From Candidatus Bathyarchaeota archaeon (GTDB lineage Archaea > Thermoproteota > Bathyarchaeia > Bathyarchaeales > Bathycorpusculaceae): 64,000 nt of DNA. This document shows, piece after piece, positions 30,421-41,325 of the stretch. The notes beneath the pieces are model-generated. The model did not search any database. It worked only from the letters and a program-made list of their open reading frames with translations, and had not been told where the DNA came from. How positions within the stretch are numbered: position 1 is the first letter of the stretch; every line of letters begins with the position of its first letter. The stretch spans positions 1 to 64,000 of the forward strand of contig CAVTBV010000008.1 of assembly GCA_963733095.1 (NCBI GenBank). The letters are read 5' to 3'. The position numbers were made by a program, and so were the translations under genes.

Positions 30421-31971
30421 TTGCTTCCAAGTGACTTGCTTTCAGTCTGGAAGAAGAAAGGCGAGATTTTGCCACGCTACGCTAAACCCACTCGCGGTAA
30501 CGAAGAGGTAGCCATCCTCCTTATTGAAGCGTATAAGTCGCATGTTGGAGAAAAGAAAAAAATCCTGAAAGCTTTGGTGGCTGAGCTTGAAGAAAAAGGC
30601 TACGAGTACCGATTTGTTAGAGCTTTATCTTTGCTACTTGATCGAAAAAGCACCTTCATCTGCCAAAGCAAAGCTGACCCGGTTGAGTTAAGGAGAAGAA
30701 TATTTCAAGCTACGAAACGGTTTGGTTTGCCTACGACTTCTGAGAAGCGACAAGAAATAGTGGAGTTTGTAGCTTCGGAGTTGGCTCTGTCGGTGAAGGA
30801 TGTTGAGAAGGATTTTTATTCTGATTTGGACGGCGAATTGGTTCTTGAAAAGTTTACTGTACCTTCAGCTTCTGAGTTGTTAGGAGAGTACAATTTGGGT
30901 TTAACTCAAACGCTACTTTTTAATGCCACAGAATTAAGCTTTACAGCCTCTGGCAACTGGCAAGACATCTTCCATGCTGTAAAGAAGTTTGGGTTAATCT
31001 ATGAAGTCAGTAAAGATGATGGTGTGTGGGTGAAAATAGATGGCCCAGCTAGCTTATTCAAGCTGACAAGACGGTATGGAGTGGGTATAGCCAAGCTCAT
31101 ACCAGTCATCGTTGCAAACTCTGAATGGATTATCAAAGCGAAAGTTCTTTGGCAATTCACAAATGAAATCTGCGACTTTAAAATTGAAAATCAAAAACAT
31201 GCTTCACTGCTAAAAAAACCTTGCATTTCGAATATAACTTATGATAGCTCCATTGAAGCAGATTTTGCCTCACAGTTTCAAGCTATAGCTTCAGGCTGGA
31301 CGTTGAAGAGGGAACCTGAACCTGTAGCTGCCGGAAAACAATTAATAATCCCCGATTTCTCTCTTGAAAGAACTGGCATCAGGATTTACTTGGAAATTGT
31401 TGGTTTTTGGACAGAAGAATACCTGCTAAGAAAGATTGAGAAGCTAAAGCAGGTGGATGAAAAAATGCTTCTGTTGGTCAATGAGGCTTTGGCATGTGAA
31501 AAACTCTCTGCTTTGGAAAAACGCCCGCAGCTCTACTTGATTTATTATTGCCACAAAATTCCTTTAGCTCCGATTCTTAGGTATTTAGAAGCAAAGTTTG
31601 AGGAAGTCAAATCACAGGAAATAAAGTTTCTGGAGGAATTGCCCATTAAATTTACTGAACCGATAATTGCTTTCGATGAATTCGCAGAGAGAATTGGCGT
31701 CTCTGAAGAAGCTGCCCGCGCTTTCTTAGTTGCTAAACCTCCTTTTGGATATGTCTTGTTAGCTGATGCTTTGGTTAGTGATGAAAAGCTATTCGATATT
31801 GGAAGAAGAATTAAAGAAGCTTTTGGCAAAATGAATAAGCTATCTCTACGGGAAGCAGCAAGAATTATTGAGGAAGAAGGAATAGCTGATTCAGCCAATG
31901 TGCTGGTGGCTCTCAATTATAAGATTAAATGGCGAGGAATCAGCATTGATCAAGCTGAAGTGATAAATTGA
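30421..31971 (+). CDS. bax1: Bax1 (DUF790) endonuclease
   Basis: MLPSDLL start, GPASLFKLTRRYG, DSSIE, REPEP, IPDF..EIVGFWT; abuts xpb. Confidence 0.88.
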   Translation: MLPSDLLSVWKKKGEILPRYAKPTRGNEEVAILLIEAYKSHVGEKKKILKALVAELEEKGYEYRFVRALSLLLDRKSTFICQSKADPVELRRRIFQATKRFGLPTTSEKRQEIVEFVASELALSVKDVEKDFYSDLDGELVLEKFTVPSASELLGEYNLGLTQTLLFNATELSFTASGNWQDIFHAVKKFGLIYEVSKDDGVWVKIDGPASLFKLTRRYGVGIAKLIPVIVANSEWIIKAKVLWQFTNEICDFKIENQKHASLLKKPCISNITYDSSIEADFASQFQAIASGWTLKREPEPVAAGKQLIIPDFSLERTGIRIYLEIVGFWTEEYLLRKIEKLKQVDEKMLLLVNEALACEKLSALEKRPQLYLIYYCHKIPLAPILRYLEAKFEEVKSQEIKFLEELPIKFTEPIIAFDEFAERIGVSEEAARAFLVAKPPFGYVLLADALVSDEKLFDIGRRIKEAFGKMNKLSLREAARIIEEEGIADSANVLVALNYKIKWRGISIDQAEVIN

Positions 31972-32140
31972 ATTGAGATTGAACTCTTTGTGCAGAAAAG
32001 ATCTCACCCGCACAACCTTGATTTAAGAATTAATTTGGGTCCGAAACAAAGGAGTAATTAAACAAGAATATACACACGCTAAAGACTGAGTAACGTATTC
32101 TTTCAGCTTGAAAATAAGATCGCCGAGTTGCAAATGAACC

Positions 32141-32540
32141 AGACTGTGTAAAAAGTCTCTTTCTTTGCTTGCCATATCCGCTAACCTTAAATCTAGACAG
32201 CTTTTAAAGCAACTAAAAGAGCCGCTGGAAGCCACGAGCGAACATGTAAACGGAACAAACCGAAACCAAACAGTGCTTTTCCCTGACACTATCGACAAAT
32301 ATGTTGACAGAGAAAACCCTGTTCGGTTCATCGGCGCTTCTGTGGACAGCCTCAACTTATAGAAGCTTGGATTTAAGCACTCAGTACTCGCAGACACCGG
32401 CGGACCGTCTTATAATCCCTCAGACCTTCTCAAACTCTATGTTTATGGCTACCTCAACCAAGTTAGATCAAGCCGCAAACTCAAGAAAGAATGCCACCGA
32501 AACGTCGAAGTCATGTGGCTCATGAAAAAGCTTGCTGAAA
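32141..32540 (+). mobile_element. IS1182-family transposase relic (5' part only)
   Basis: IR-like agactgtgtaaaaagtc at 32141. The frame reads RNQTVLFPDTIDKYVDRENPVRFI...NL*KLGF...GRPSYNPSDLLKLYVYGYLNQVRSSRKL...NVEVMWL, with an in-frame TAG at 32360, an ACG in place of the start codon, and truncation. Confidence 0.85.
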
Positions 32541-32901
32541 AAACATCATAATTGGCGTTGTAGTCCTAGTCATCGAAGTAATGGTTTCGGCAATCATTAT
32601 CTCGGCACCTCGGCTTGAATCTAACGTTTAAGGTCCCAGCAACAACTTTCTGCACATGACACAAAAATAGAATCGCCAACATTCTCCCACATTCACGCTG
32701 ACACTGCACAACATAGAATCCATGTTGACTGTGTGCACGAATTCAACTTCCCACACTCAAACCACAAATAAAAAACAACCCAAACCAAAAAAGCAACCAG
32801 TTCCAAAGCCACAAGTGTGGTGTGCACTTTTACAGCGCCACACCCACACAAAGAAAACAAAAAAATTATGCGGGTGATACCCTAAAAAAGGTGTTGCTGA
32901 T

Positions 32902-33267
32902 TTAACCTAGCTGTGTTTCAAGCAGCGATTTTAAGGATAAGTATTCTTCGTTAAGGTCTTGACTGGCTCTTGTGGCTTCGCATTGAATATAATTGTCATC
33001 CTCGTAGGTAAGAGAGTATTTTCTTGTCTGCAGCATTCTTAGGAATCTCAGGATCTTTTCGAGTTGGGTCAAATCAACTTTTTTGGATTCATCTGACAAG
33101 TTAACTATGACTTCGATGAAAAAAGATGGGTCGGCCGGGGTTGCCCTTGCTCCGACCCCAATACGGTAGCCTTGCGTTTTGTACAATACTTGGTAGGATT
33201 CTTTATCAGCGGATTTTTGTGCTATTTCCAAGAGTTCGTCAGCATCTATAGGGTTTTTTTGGGTCAT
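32902..33267 (-). CDS. hypothetical protein
   Basis: 121-aa ORF co-oriented downstream of the ABC permease. Confidence 0.6.
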   Translation of the reverse strand: MTQKNPIDADELLEIAQKSADKESYQVLYKTQGYRIGVGARATPADPSFFIEVIVNLSDESKKVDLTQLEKILRFLRMLQTRKYSLTYEDDNYIQCEATRASQDLNEEYLSLKSLLETQLG

Positions 33268-33290
33268 TAGTGTTCACGGTTCAAGGTGTC

Positions 33291-34442
33291 TTATATTTTG
33301 AATTTTTTCGAGTACAGTGCTATACCGGCTGCTAAGATGGCTATGCAAGATACTGACAATATTGCTAGGTCAAATATGATGGCTTGGCTCGTGATGGATG
33401 CGCCTCGTAGAAATAGCGAGGTCAAGGCGTCTGTGACGTAATAGCTGGGGACAAATTGGCCTGCTGTCTGTGCGGCTGAGCTAAGTGACGCTCCTACAAA
33501 GGTTCCAAGGAACATCTGTGGAATTACGAAGAGGAAAGCTATACCAGTGGCTGCACCTGGTGATTTAGCTATGGTTGCAGTGATTAATCCGAATCCAACG
33601 TTTGAGACCGAGAACACTAACACAAGTATGAAGGCAAATGCGTATGTGGGTATTCCGACTGCCGGGTGGAAGCCTAACGCGTAAGTTAGGGCGAACACTA
33701 ACGCTGCTTGGATCAATGCAATGCCCATGTATGATGCAACTTGGCTGGCAATGAATTCGGTTGATGATGTGGGTGTGATGCGTATACGTTTCATCATGCC
33801 GTTCTCGCGATCCTGAGCGAATGATTGTCCCACCATCATGATGAGGAATATCGATGCGAAAGTGAACATGCCTGGTGCTATGAAGTCAAGTGCTGAAACG
33901 GTTTTAACTTCAACTAGAGTGCCTGTGCTTAGGCTGACTGAACTTTGGGTTGGCGCACCTTGTCGTGTTAGAGTTAGCAGTCCCTGCTGTAGGATGGGTG
34001 GAATCGCTTGGGTGGCAACAAGTGAGCCCTTATCGAGGTAGAGGGAGACTGAGGCGTTTGTCCATTGATCTGGGTTGTTTGGTGCTGCTTGGTATGAGGC
34101 AAGGCTTTGGCTGAAGTCTTGAGGAATAAACATAACCGCTTGAATTTTGCCCTGGGACAGGTCCGTTTGGGCGCTCTGGTTGTCAGCGAACATTTGGAGG
34201 TTGAGGATTTTTGTGGCTGTCAGGGTATTGAGGAACTGCTGTGAGTACTCAGTGTTGGAGCCTGCGTCGGTGTTAACTACGCCTATGTTGTAAACGGCGT
34301 TGCCGCTTGTGCCGCCAAAAGCTGTTCCGAATGCGATTACAAAGATTATTGGGAACAGGAAAATCATGAATAATACTGCGGGTTCGCGTACGGTCTTCTT
34401 CATCTCTTTCTTGGTTAAAGCTAAGACACGTTGAATCTTCAT
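33291..34442 (-). CDS. ABC-2 type exporter permease
   Basis: N-terminal TM, extracellular domain, DRENGMMKRIRITP, five C-terminal TMs. Confidence 0.9.
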   Translation of the reverse strand: MKIQRVLALTKKEMKKTVREPAVLFMIFLFPIIFVIAFGTAFGGTSGNAVYNIGVVNTDAGSNTEYSQQFLNTLTATKILNLQMFADNQSAQTDLSQGKIQAVMFIPQDFSQSLASYQAAPNNPDQWTNASVSLYLDKGSLVATQAIPPILQQGLLTLTRQGAPTQSSVSLSTGTLVEVKTVSALDFIAPGMFTFASIFLIMMVGQSFAQDRENGMMKRIRITPTSSTEFIASQVASYMGIALIQAALVFALTYALGFHPAVGIPTYAFAFILVLVFSVSNVGFGLITATIAKSPGAATGIAFLFVIPQMFLGTFVGASLSSAAQTAGQFVPSYYVTDALTSLFLRGASITSQAIIFDLAILSVSCIAILAAGIALYSKKFKI

Positions 34443-35189
34443 CTAAGATTCCTCCCGCATTTTTCTACCCGTTAGTTTAATGAAAACCTCTTCCAGGTTC
34501 TTGACTTTGTTTTTCTCGATAAGGTCTTTTGGAGTGCCAAGTGCGATGAGTTTGCCGTGGTCGATTATGCCTACTCTGTCGCAGAGTTCCTCGGCTTCCT
34601 CCATGTAGTGGGTGGTTAAGATGATTGTTTTGTTTTGGGTTTTTAGTTCTTGGATGAAGTCCCAGACTGCGTGTCGCGATTGTGGGTCCATGGCGACCGT
34701 TGGCTCGTCTAAGAAGATAACTTGTGGGTCATGAATTAAAGCTAATATAAGGCTGAGTCGTCTTTTCATTCCTCCGCTGTACTTGGCGGCTTTCCGCTTG
34801 GCATCTTCGGTCAGACCCATCTTGCTGAGCAGCATGTTTTGGCGAGTTTTTAGAGAGGCTTTTTCCATTGTGTGGAGGTTTCCGAATAGGTCTATGTTCT
34901 CGGCACCTGTTAGGTATGGGTAGATGGCGGTTTCTTGAATGCAAACTCCTATGAGCTCCTTAACTTTTGAGGCGTCTTTTTGAACGTTGTAGCCGCATAT
35001 CGATGCTTCACCGCTTGAAGGTTTTAGGAGTCCACAGAGGATGTTTATAGTGGTCGTTTTGCCTGCTCCATTTGGACCTAATAGGCCAAAGAGTTCTCCT
35101 TTGCCAACCTGCAGGCTTAGGTCATCAAGGGCTGAAACATCTTGGTATTTTTTTGCCAGATGCTCCATTTCTATTGCGGGTTCACACAT
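34443..35189 (-). CDS. ABC exporter ATP-binding protein
   Basis: GPNGAGKTT, YSGGMKRR, FLDEPT. Confidence 0.95.
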   Translation of the reverse strand: MCEPAIEMEHLAKKYQDVSALDDLSLQVGKGELFGLLGPNGAGKTTTINILCGLLKPSSGEASICGYNVQKDASKVKELIGVCIQETAIYPYLTGAENIDLFGNLHTMEKASLKTRQNMLLSKMGLTEDAKRKAAKYSGGMKRRLSLILALIHDPQVIFLDEPTVAMDPQSRHAVWDFIQELKTQNKTIILTTHYMEEAEELCDRVGIIDHGKLIALGTPKDLIEKNKVKNLEEVFIKLTGRKMREES

Positions 35190-35310
35190 TTTTTATCACT
35201 TCATTATTTATCTTTGACTTCAAGTTGGCGTGCGAGAATTTAGTTTCATGTCAACGGCGCGATGGATAAAGGAGCAAAAAAGAACCCTTCTATGACCGTT
35301 TTATCAACTG

Positions 35311-36303
35311 CTAAGTTGAAGAATTGGAATGCATGGTTTGAGCTAACTTATCACGCCAGGTTTCAAAGAGGTAGCCTGAACAGAGAATGTAGGGCACTGC
35401 TGAGATAACGTCTGGTTCTTTTTCTATTCTTTCGCGGAGCTTGTCCAATTCACCCATACTATTGGTCCACATGACGAGTGTTGTTGAGTTGGGTATGTTG
35501 GCGAAACTCCAGTAAAACAAGACGTTCGTAGAGTATTTTTTTAAAATCTGGTATGCTATCATGGCTTGCTTGGAATCAGGTTTTAATCGTAGATCCATAA
35601 GGGTGGTTATGTCGTCTGACTTGTCAGGGTACCATTCTAAAGAGAGTTCTATGAGGAAATTATTTATCATACGGTTTAGCCTGCGGCGAACTGTCTTGGA
35701 AGATACCCCTAATTCGTTTGCTACATCGGCAATAGCTTTGCGTGCATCATCCTTAAGTGAACTGATGATTTGATAATCCAAGTCGCATAAGGTCAATTCG
35801 GAGAGTTTTAACCTCTTTGGCGGCATCTGATCTGGCTGCATTATACCTACGGTTGGTTCGGGGAGCACCGCTTCTTTTTTGATGAAGGATATTAGTGGTT
35901 CAAGCTCGGATAGATTTCTGATATAGGCGCCGATGTAGAGGAATTTTCCACTACCGATTGCTAACCAGTAGATTGAGCCATTAAGCTTTATTCGTTCGGG
36001 TAAATCTTTGAAGCTTGTTAGTTGTGACGTCCCAAAAATGTAGACTGGAATGGCTTGTGAAGCAAATATGCTGACTTTTGCTGTAAACTTGTGGATGACG
36101 TCTGTTTCGATTAATTGTTGGATGCGCTTATGGACGGCATTGACTGAAAGGTTAAGCTTGTCGGCCAATTCTGCGTAGGAGAGTCTTGAGTTCTGCAGGA
36201 GAAGCAGGATTAGGCTCATGTCTGTTTTGTCCATTATGCACCAGTACTCCATTATGCAGCTAACATGCTTAAAGATTTTAATACTGAATAACCCATCAAT
36301 CAC
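35311..36303 (-). CDS. tandem-domain Lrp/AsnC regulator (likely start MDKTD)
   Basis: Two AsnC HTH units: MDKTD...NSRLSYAELA and LDYQII..LKDDARK.IADVA. Confidence 0.88.
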   Translation of the reverse strand: MIDGLFSIKIFKHVSCIMEYWCIMDKTDMSLILLLLQNSRLSYAELADKLNLSVNAVHKRIQQLIETDVIHKFTAKVSIFASQAIPVYIFGTSQLTSFKDLPERIKLNGSIYWLAIGSGKFLYIGAYIRNLSELEPLISFIKKEAVLPEPTVGIMQPDQMPPKRLKLSELTLCDLDYQIISSLKDDARKAIADVANELGVSSKTVRRRLNRMINNFLIELSLEWYPDKSDDITTLMDLRLKPDSKQAMIAYQILKKYSTNVLFYWSFANIPNSTTLVMWTNSMGELDKLRERIEKEPDVISAVPYILCSGYLFETWRDKLAQTMHSNSST

Positions 36304-36466
36304 TTCTGTCTTTAAACAACAGATTACGCGTTTTTAAGCGGTTTTTGGATATAGTTGTTTTAATGCCCGGTTTTTGTGGTTTTTGCCTAAAGCTTTAATT
36401 CAGGGAAAATATGTTAAGGTTTTGTAGAAGTTAAGTTTACTTGCCAACGGTTTTGGTGGGTAGCGT

Positions 36467-39058
36467 ATGAGCCTGAATAATTTTACGGTTAAATCACAGG
36501 AAGCCATCCAGAAGGCTGTAGAGATTGCCTCAGCAGGGCGCAATCAAGCAGTCGAACCGCTTCATCTGCTAAAGGGAATATTGCTTGTTGATGAGAATGT
36601 GGTTCCTTTCTTGTTTGGGAAACTTGGAGTCAGTTCTGAAGCTTTCTCGGGTTTGCTGGATAAGGAAATTGATTCTTTGCCGAAGGTTAGCGGTGGAGAG
36701 CCTTATCTCTCTTCAAATGCTAACAAAGCGCTTCATAAGGCTCAAGAGTTGGCTTCTGCCGCTAAGGATGAGTTTGTTTCTGTAGAGCAGCTGCTATTAG
36801 CTATACTGTCTTTGGATGATTCAGCTTCGCGTTTGCTTAAAAGTTGCAAGGTTAATGAAAAAGACCTTAAGTCAGCAATTAGCCAACTTCGAAAGGGATC
36901 TTCCGTTAATTCGCCCACTGCAGAAGAAACCTACAATGCCCTAAATAAGTACGCCATAAACCTAAACAGCATGGCTCGGGCGGGGAAATTGGATCCAGTT
37001 ATTGGCCGTGAAAGCGAAATTCGGCGGGTTCTCCAGATTTTGTCGCGAAGGACCAAGAATAATCCTCTGTTGATCGGGGAGCCGGGTGTGGGTAAAACTG
37101 CTATAGTTGAGGGTCTTGCGAATCGCATAATTAATGGTGATGTGCCCGAGAATTTGAGGTCAAAGCAGGTTTTTTCTCTCGATATGGGTGCTTTGATTGC
37201 TGGTGCCAAGTACAAGGGGGAGTTTGAGGAGCGTCTTAAGAGTGTAATTAAGGAAGTTGTCGGAGCAGAGGGTGATATTTTGCTTTTCATCGACGAGATT
37301 CATACGCTTGTAGGGGCAGGCGGCGGTGAAGGTGCGATGGATGCGGCTAATATTCTTAAGCCTGCGTTGGCGCGGGGTGAGTTGCGTGCAATTGGCGCAA
37401 CGACTTTGAAGGAATACCAGAAGTACTTTGAGAAAGATAAGGCGTTAGAGAGACGTTTCCAGCCGGTTATGGTTAATGAGCCCAATGTTTTAGACACCAT
37501 CTCTATCCTTCGAGGTCTAAAAGAGCGCTACGAAGTGTACCATCATGTTCGAATTAGAGATGATGCCATAATTGCAGCTGCAGAGTTATCTCAACGATAT
37601 ATTACTGAGCGTTTTCTGCCCGACAAGGCGATTGATTTGATTGATGAAGCGGCTTCCAAGTTGGAGCTTGAAATCAATTCTGAGCCACAAGAACTCGAAG
37701 ATGTTGATCGCAAGATTCGGCAATTAGAGATTGAACGCGAAGCCATCAAGCACGAAAAAAATGACGTCAAACTAAAGTCGCTAAATCAAGAAATTGCAAA
37801 TTTAACTGAACAACGCAATAGTCTGAGGGCAAAGTGGCATGCAGAGAAGGAAATTGTTGATCAAATCCAAGCGAAGAAGAATGAGATTGAACAGCTAAAG
37901 TTTGAAGAGGAAAATGCTAACCGACGAGGCGATCTTGGAAAGATTGCCGAGATTCGTTATGGCAAAATTCCCGAAGCTACCATAGCGATCGACAGTTTGA
38001 AGAAGAAATTGACCGAGTTACAGAAGGATTCAGCATTGGTAAATGAAGAAGTCGGGGCAGAGGAGATTGCTGAGGTTGTCTGCAGTTGGACGGGAATTCC
38101 GGTTAACCGTATGTTGCAGACTGAGAAGGAAAAGCTGTTAAACATAGAAACTGAGCTCCACATGAGAGTTGTTGGGCAGGATGAGGCGATCCAAGCTGTT
38201 TCTGATGCATTGCGACGGAGTCGCGCTGGTCTGCAAGATCCAAAGCGTCCAATTGGATCTTTCATTTTTCTGGGAACAACCGGAGTTGGAAAAACCGAAT
38301 TAGTCAAAGCCTTAGCGGAGTTCTTGTTCAACAACGAAAACAACATGGTTCGCATCGACATGTCAGAGTACCAGGAGCGGCATACCGTTTCCAGGCTTGT
38401 GGGTGCTCCGCCGGGTTACGTTGGTTACGAAGAGAGTGGACAGTTAACTGAAGCGGTGAGAAGAAAGCCTTACTCGGTTGTTTTGCTTGATGAGATCGAG
38501 AAGGCGCATCCGGATGTATTCAACATTCTGCTGCAGGTCCTCGATGATGGCCGATTGACCGACAATAAAGGTCGAACCGTCGATTTCAAGAATACCATAA
38601 TCATTATGACCTCAAACATTGGCTCTCACCTCATCCAAGAAAACCTCGAAAAAATTAACCCTGAAAACCGAGAACAAATCCTAAACCAAACCAGAGAGCT
38701 TGTCTTCGAATTACTCAAAAAAAGCATCAAACCAGAATTCCTAAACCGCATCGACGAAATAATAATGTTCCAACCGCTCACAATGGAGGAAGTTCGAAGA
38801 ATAGTGGAGCTTCAACTGAAAAAAGTGGAGCAGATGCTGGCAAAAAATAACATAAAACTTTCAGCCACAAACAAAGCCATAGACCACATCGCCAAAGTTG
38901 GGTTTGATCCTCAATTCGGTGCCAGACCAATAAAACGTGTCATCCAAAAAGACATCCTGAATGAACTCTCAAAGATGTTACTATCAGAAAAAGTCAACAA
39001 AGACACAACCATCATCGTCGATGAAAAAAATGGGCAACTGATATTTAAAAATAAATAG
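36467..39058 (+). CDS. clpB: ATP-dependent disaggregase ClpB
   Basis: Clp N-domain, GEPGVGKT and GTTGVGKT Walker A motifs, middle coiled coil, RIDMSEY, GARP. Confidence 0.97.
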   Translation: MSLNNFTVKSQEAIQKAVEIASAGRNQAVEPLHLLKGILLVDENVVPFLFGKLGVSSEAFSGLLDKEIDSLPKVSGGEPYLSSNANKALHKAQELASAAKDEFVSVEQLLLAILSLDDSASRLLKSCKVNEKDLKSAISQLRKGSSVNSPTAEETYNALNKYAINLNSMARAGKLDPVIGRESEIRRVLQILSRRTKNNPLLIGEPGVGKTAIVEGLANRIINGDVPENLRSKQVFSLDMGALIAGAKYKGEFEERLKSVIKEVVGAEGDILLFIDEIHTLVGAGGGEGAMDAANILKPALARGELRAIGATTLKEYQKYFEKDKALERRFQPVMVNEPNVLDTISILRGLKERYEVYHHVRIRDDAIIAAAELSQRYITERFLPDKAIDLIDEAASKLELEINSEPQELEDVDRKIRQLEIEREAIKHEKNDVKLKSLNQEIANLTEQRNSLRAKWHAEKEIVDQIQAKKNEIEQLKFEEENANRRGDLGKIAEIRYGKIPEATIAIDSLKKKLTELQKDSALVNEEVGAEEIAEVVCSWTGIPVNRMLQTEKEKLLNIETELHMRVVGQDEAIQAVSDALRRSRAGLQDPKRPIGSFIFLGTTGVGKTELVKALAEFLFNNENNMVRIDMSEYQERHTVSRLVGAPPGYVGYEESGQLTEAVRRKPYSVVLLDEIEKAHPDVFNILLQVLDDGRLTDNKGRTVDFKNTIIIMTSNIGSHLIQENLEKINPENREQILNQTRELVFELLKKSIKPEFLNRIDEIIMFQPLTMEEVRRIVELQLKKVEQMLAKNNIKLSATNKAIDHIAKVGFDPQFGARPIKRVIQKDILNELSKMLLSEKVNKDTTIIVDEKNGQLIFKNK

Positions 39059-39202
39059 ACACCAGTTGTTCCATTCCTTCAATCCATTTCCTAAGAAGAA
39101 AAGACACCCTGCATCAACCTTCTTCTTTCAGTAAAGCCCCAATAATTGAAAGAACATTAACAAACAAATAAAAAATAGTTGAAAAAACTAGCTTGTTTTA
39201 GG

Positions 39203-39619
39203 CTAGATGACTAGTTCTATTAGCTTTCGAGGACTGTTTATTTCGATAGCTTTTGTTCTTGTTGCGGCGCTCGACAGTTTAGGCTTTGCTTGAGAACCTA
39301 TCGTAACAACAACATTACCGTCATACGAGAGCGTAACAGTGATGCCTGCGTCAGATAGTTCTTCAGCAACCCCTTTGAGTTGACCAAGTTTGCTTCGGGC
39401 GGTTTTAATTTGGCCAATGGTTCCGTTTATGCGTTTAAGGCCTTTGCTCTTTTTTTTACCGCTTGCAGCTGCAAGGGCTTTTTTCATAATTTCCTTGTCG
39501 ATGGCGTTGATTTCGATTTTCTTATCGGCAACTTTGATTTCTATTGCTTTGACGTTATTTGCGGATAATGTGACTTTTCCTGATTCTATCATCTCGCCTA
39601 TTGCAGTTGCGAAGGACAT
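39203..39619 (-). CDS. hypothetical protein
   Basis: 138-aa ORF paired with the upstream 76-aa gene. Confidence 0.65.
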   Translation of the reverse strand: MSFATAIGEMIESGKVTLSANNVKAIEIKVADKKIEINAIDKEIMKKALAAASGKKKSKGLKRINGTIGQIKTARSKLGQLKGVAEELSDAGITVTLSYDGNVVVTIGSQAKPKLSSAATRTKAIEINSPRKLIELVI

Positions 39620-39640
39620 CCTTTGTTGCTCTTACAATAG

Positions 39641-39871
39641 CTAAGTTTTTGCTTCTTTGGCATAAACTATGTCTAAAACAACTGCGCCGTTAAGTTTTGT
39701 CTTAAACATGCCCATATCAAGAGTTAAGTCCTCGAAGCTAAGTTTAAGGTCAGATTCTTTTCCGGCAAGTTTATCCATTATTGCCAGAACTGTGTCAGCC
39801 ATACTTTGAGCAGTTTTTTCCATGGATTTAGAATGATCTGCATTTTTTCTTTCATTTTCCAATAAAAACAC
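39641..39871 (-). CDS. small hypothetical protein
   Basis: 76-aa ORF, co-oriented pair. Confidence 0.6.
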   Translation of the reverse strand: MFLLENERKNADHSKSMEKTAQSMADTVLAIMDKLAGKESDLKLSFEDLTLDMGMFKTKLNGAVVLDIVYAKEAKT

Positions 39872-40012
39872 CGAGATAGAATTCAGGGCGGATAACTTAA
39901 ATAGTTATCGATAAGAGCAAGGCAAGTTTACGATAGATTGCTATTTTGTAACCAGGCAGCATGTAGTTCAAACCTGCGGGGTTTAGAATTCGGTTAAGGA
40001 ATAAATAATTGT

Positions 40013-40498
40013 GTGGTCTTTTCTTGTAATAGGTTGTTTTTTATGGCGGTTCCTAATGATTTAACAAACATTCTTGACCCAAACGAAACTGTTGAACTCT
40101 ACATTAAACAGAAGTTTTACCATCTCACAATTGACATCAACTCCGTGGTCATAACCAACAAAAGAGTAATCTTACGGCACCCCCACGTGCTTGGGCTAAA
40201 AAAAGACTACACCGACTACAACTACATAGACTTTGAAGACGCAATCATAGACAAAGGAATACTGCGTTCAACAATTAGATGCAAATTCAAATCCAATATT
40301 CCACCACTTATACTAAATGACATACCCAACGCCGATGCAGAGAAAGCCTACAGAATAGTCAGAGACAAAGTAATCAAAGCTCAAACACAGTTTTTAACGG
40401 AAGTTACAGGTACGGAAATGATAATTTGCTCATATTGCGGTACCAAAAACAAACCCACCGCTTCCAGGTGCATTAACTGTGGCGCAACCTTAACATAG
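40013..40498 (+). CDS. bacterial PH-like domain protein with C-terminal zinc ribbon
   Basis: LDPNE..., VITNKRVI, C-terminal CSYCG.KN.....CINCG. Confidence 0.75.
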   Translation: MVFSCNRLFFMAVPNDLTNILDPNETVELYIKQKFYHLTIDINSVVITNKRVILRHPHVLGLKKDYTDYNYIDFEDAIIDKGILRSTIRCKFKSNIPPLILNDIPNADAEKAYRIVRDKVIKAQTQFLTEVTGTEMIICSYCGTKNKPTASRCINCGATLT

Positions 40499-41325
40499 AA
40501 ATTCTAATCCAGGCGCTCTCTTGACACAATAGGTCTGCAAGAATTACTCAATTATGAGTGGTCCTAAACAAAGGTGCTTTTTGCTTGATGGCTACTTCTT
40601 TGGCGATTTTGTAGTATTGGTTGTCCACGCAAGAAACTGAAACATAGTTCATCGCTTTGGCTAAGACTTTGATTTTTCGGTGCAGTAGACGAGGATGCAT
40701 GGTTCGAGGAAGCTGACGTCTTGGATGAGGTCAAAACGGCCATGCGAAACAAAGACTCCGTCAACTAAGGTTGCTCGGGATGACTTTTTCCAAGCGGCAG
40801 TTAACATGTAAGCTGCTTTAATAATTCATCCATTGGCACCAGGACCAGACCCTCAGTAGGAACGTTAGAAGTTGTTGTTGCTGCTGCAACTGAATTCTGC
40901 AGACCAGTTGCAACAACAATCAAAGTTAAACTTAAATTATCCAGCTCCAGTCACATAACCGTTAGCTTCGCAGTCATTCCTTACTCCAAATGCCAAGTTA
41001 CCCAGCGACGTGCTTTAACAATTTACCGATAAGTGCACCAAAAAACTGATTTCTTTCATCTTTTCGAATAAATTCGACTATCACACAAAAAAACCGACAA
41101 AGTATAAACAAAAAAACCGCAAAAACCATAAAACAAACGACCCGAAACGAAGAAAGAAACATCGTTTCTGAAACACTAAAAAACTAAACAACAAAACGCC
41201 ACAACAAAATTACCGCCACAGCCTAGCTACCATCGTATTCTTTGAGCGCTAAATTTCTTTAAACCCCGAAGTACAAAAAAACCAACAAAAAACCCTTTAT
41301 CAAAAAATAACCGTAGGTTAAAACA

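Noticed and set aside
29047-31971. Helicase-nuclease pair as a new defence system
   Set aside because: It matches the known archaeal XPB-Bax1 operon.
32360-32362. Pyrrolysine or programmed readthrough of the TAG in the transposase
   Set aside because: The gene also lacks a proper start and is truncated before the DDE domain, so ordinary decay explains it.
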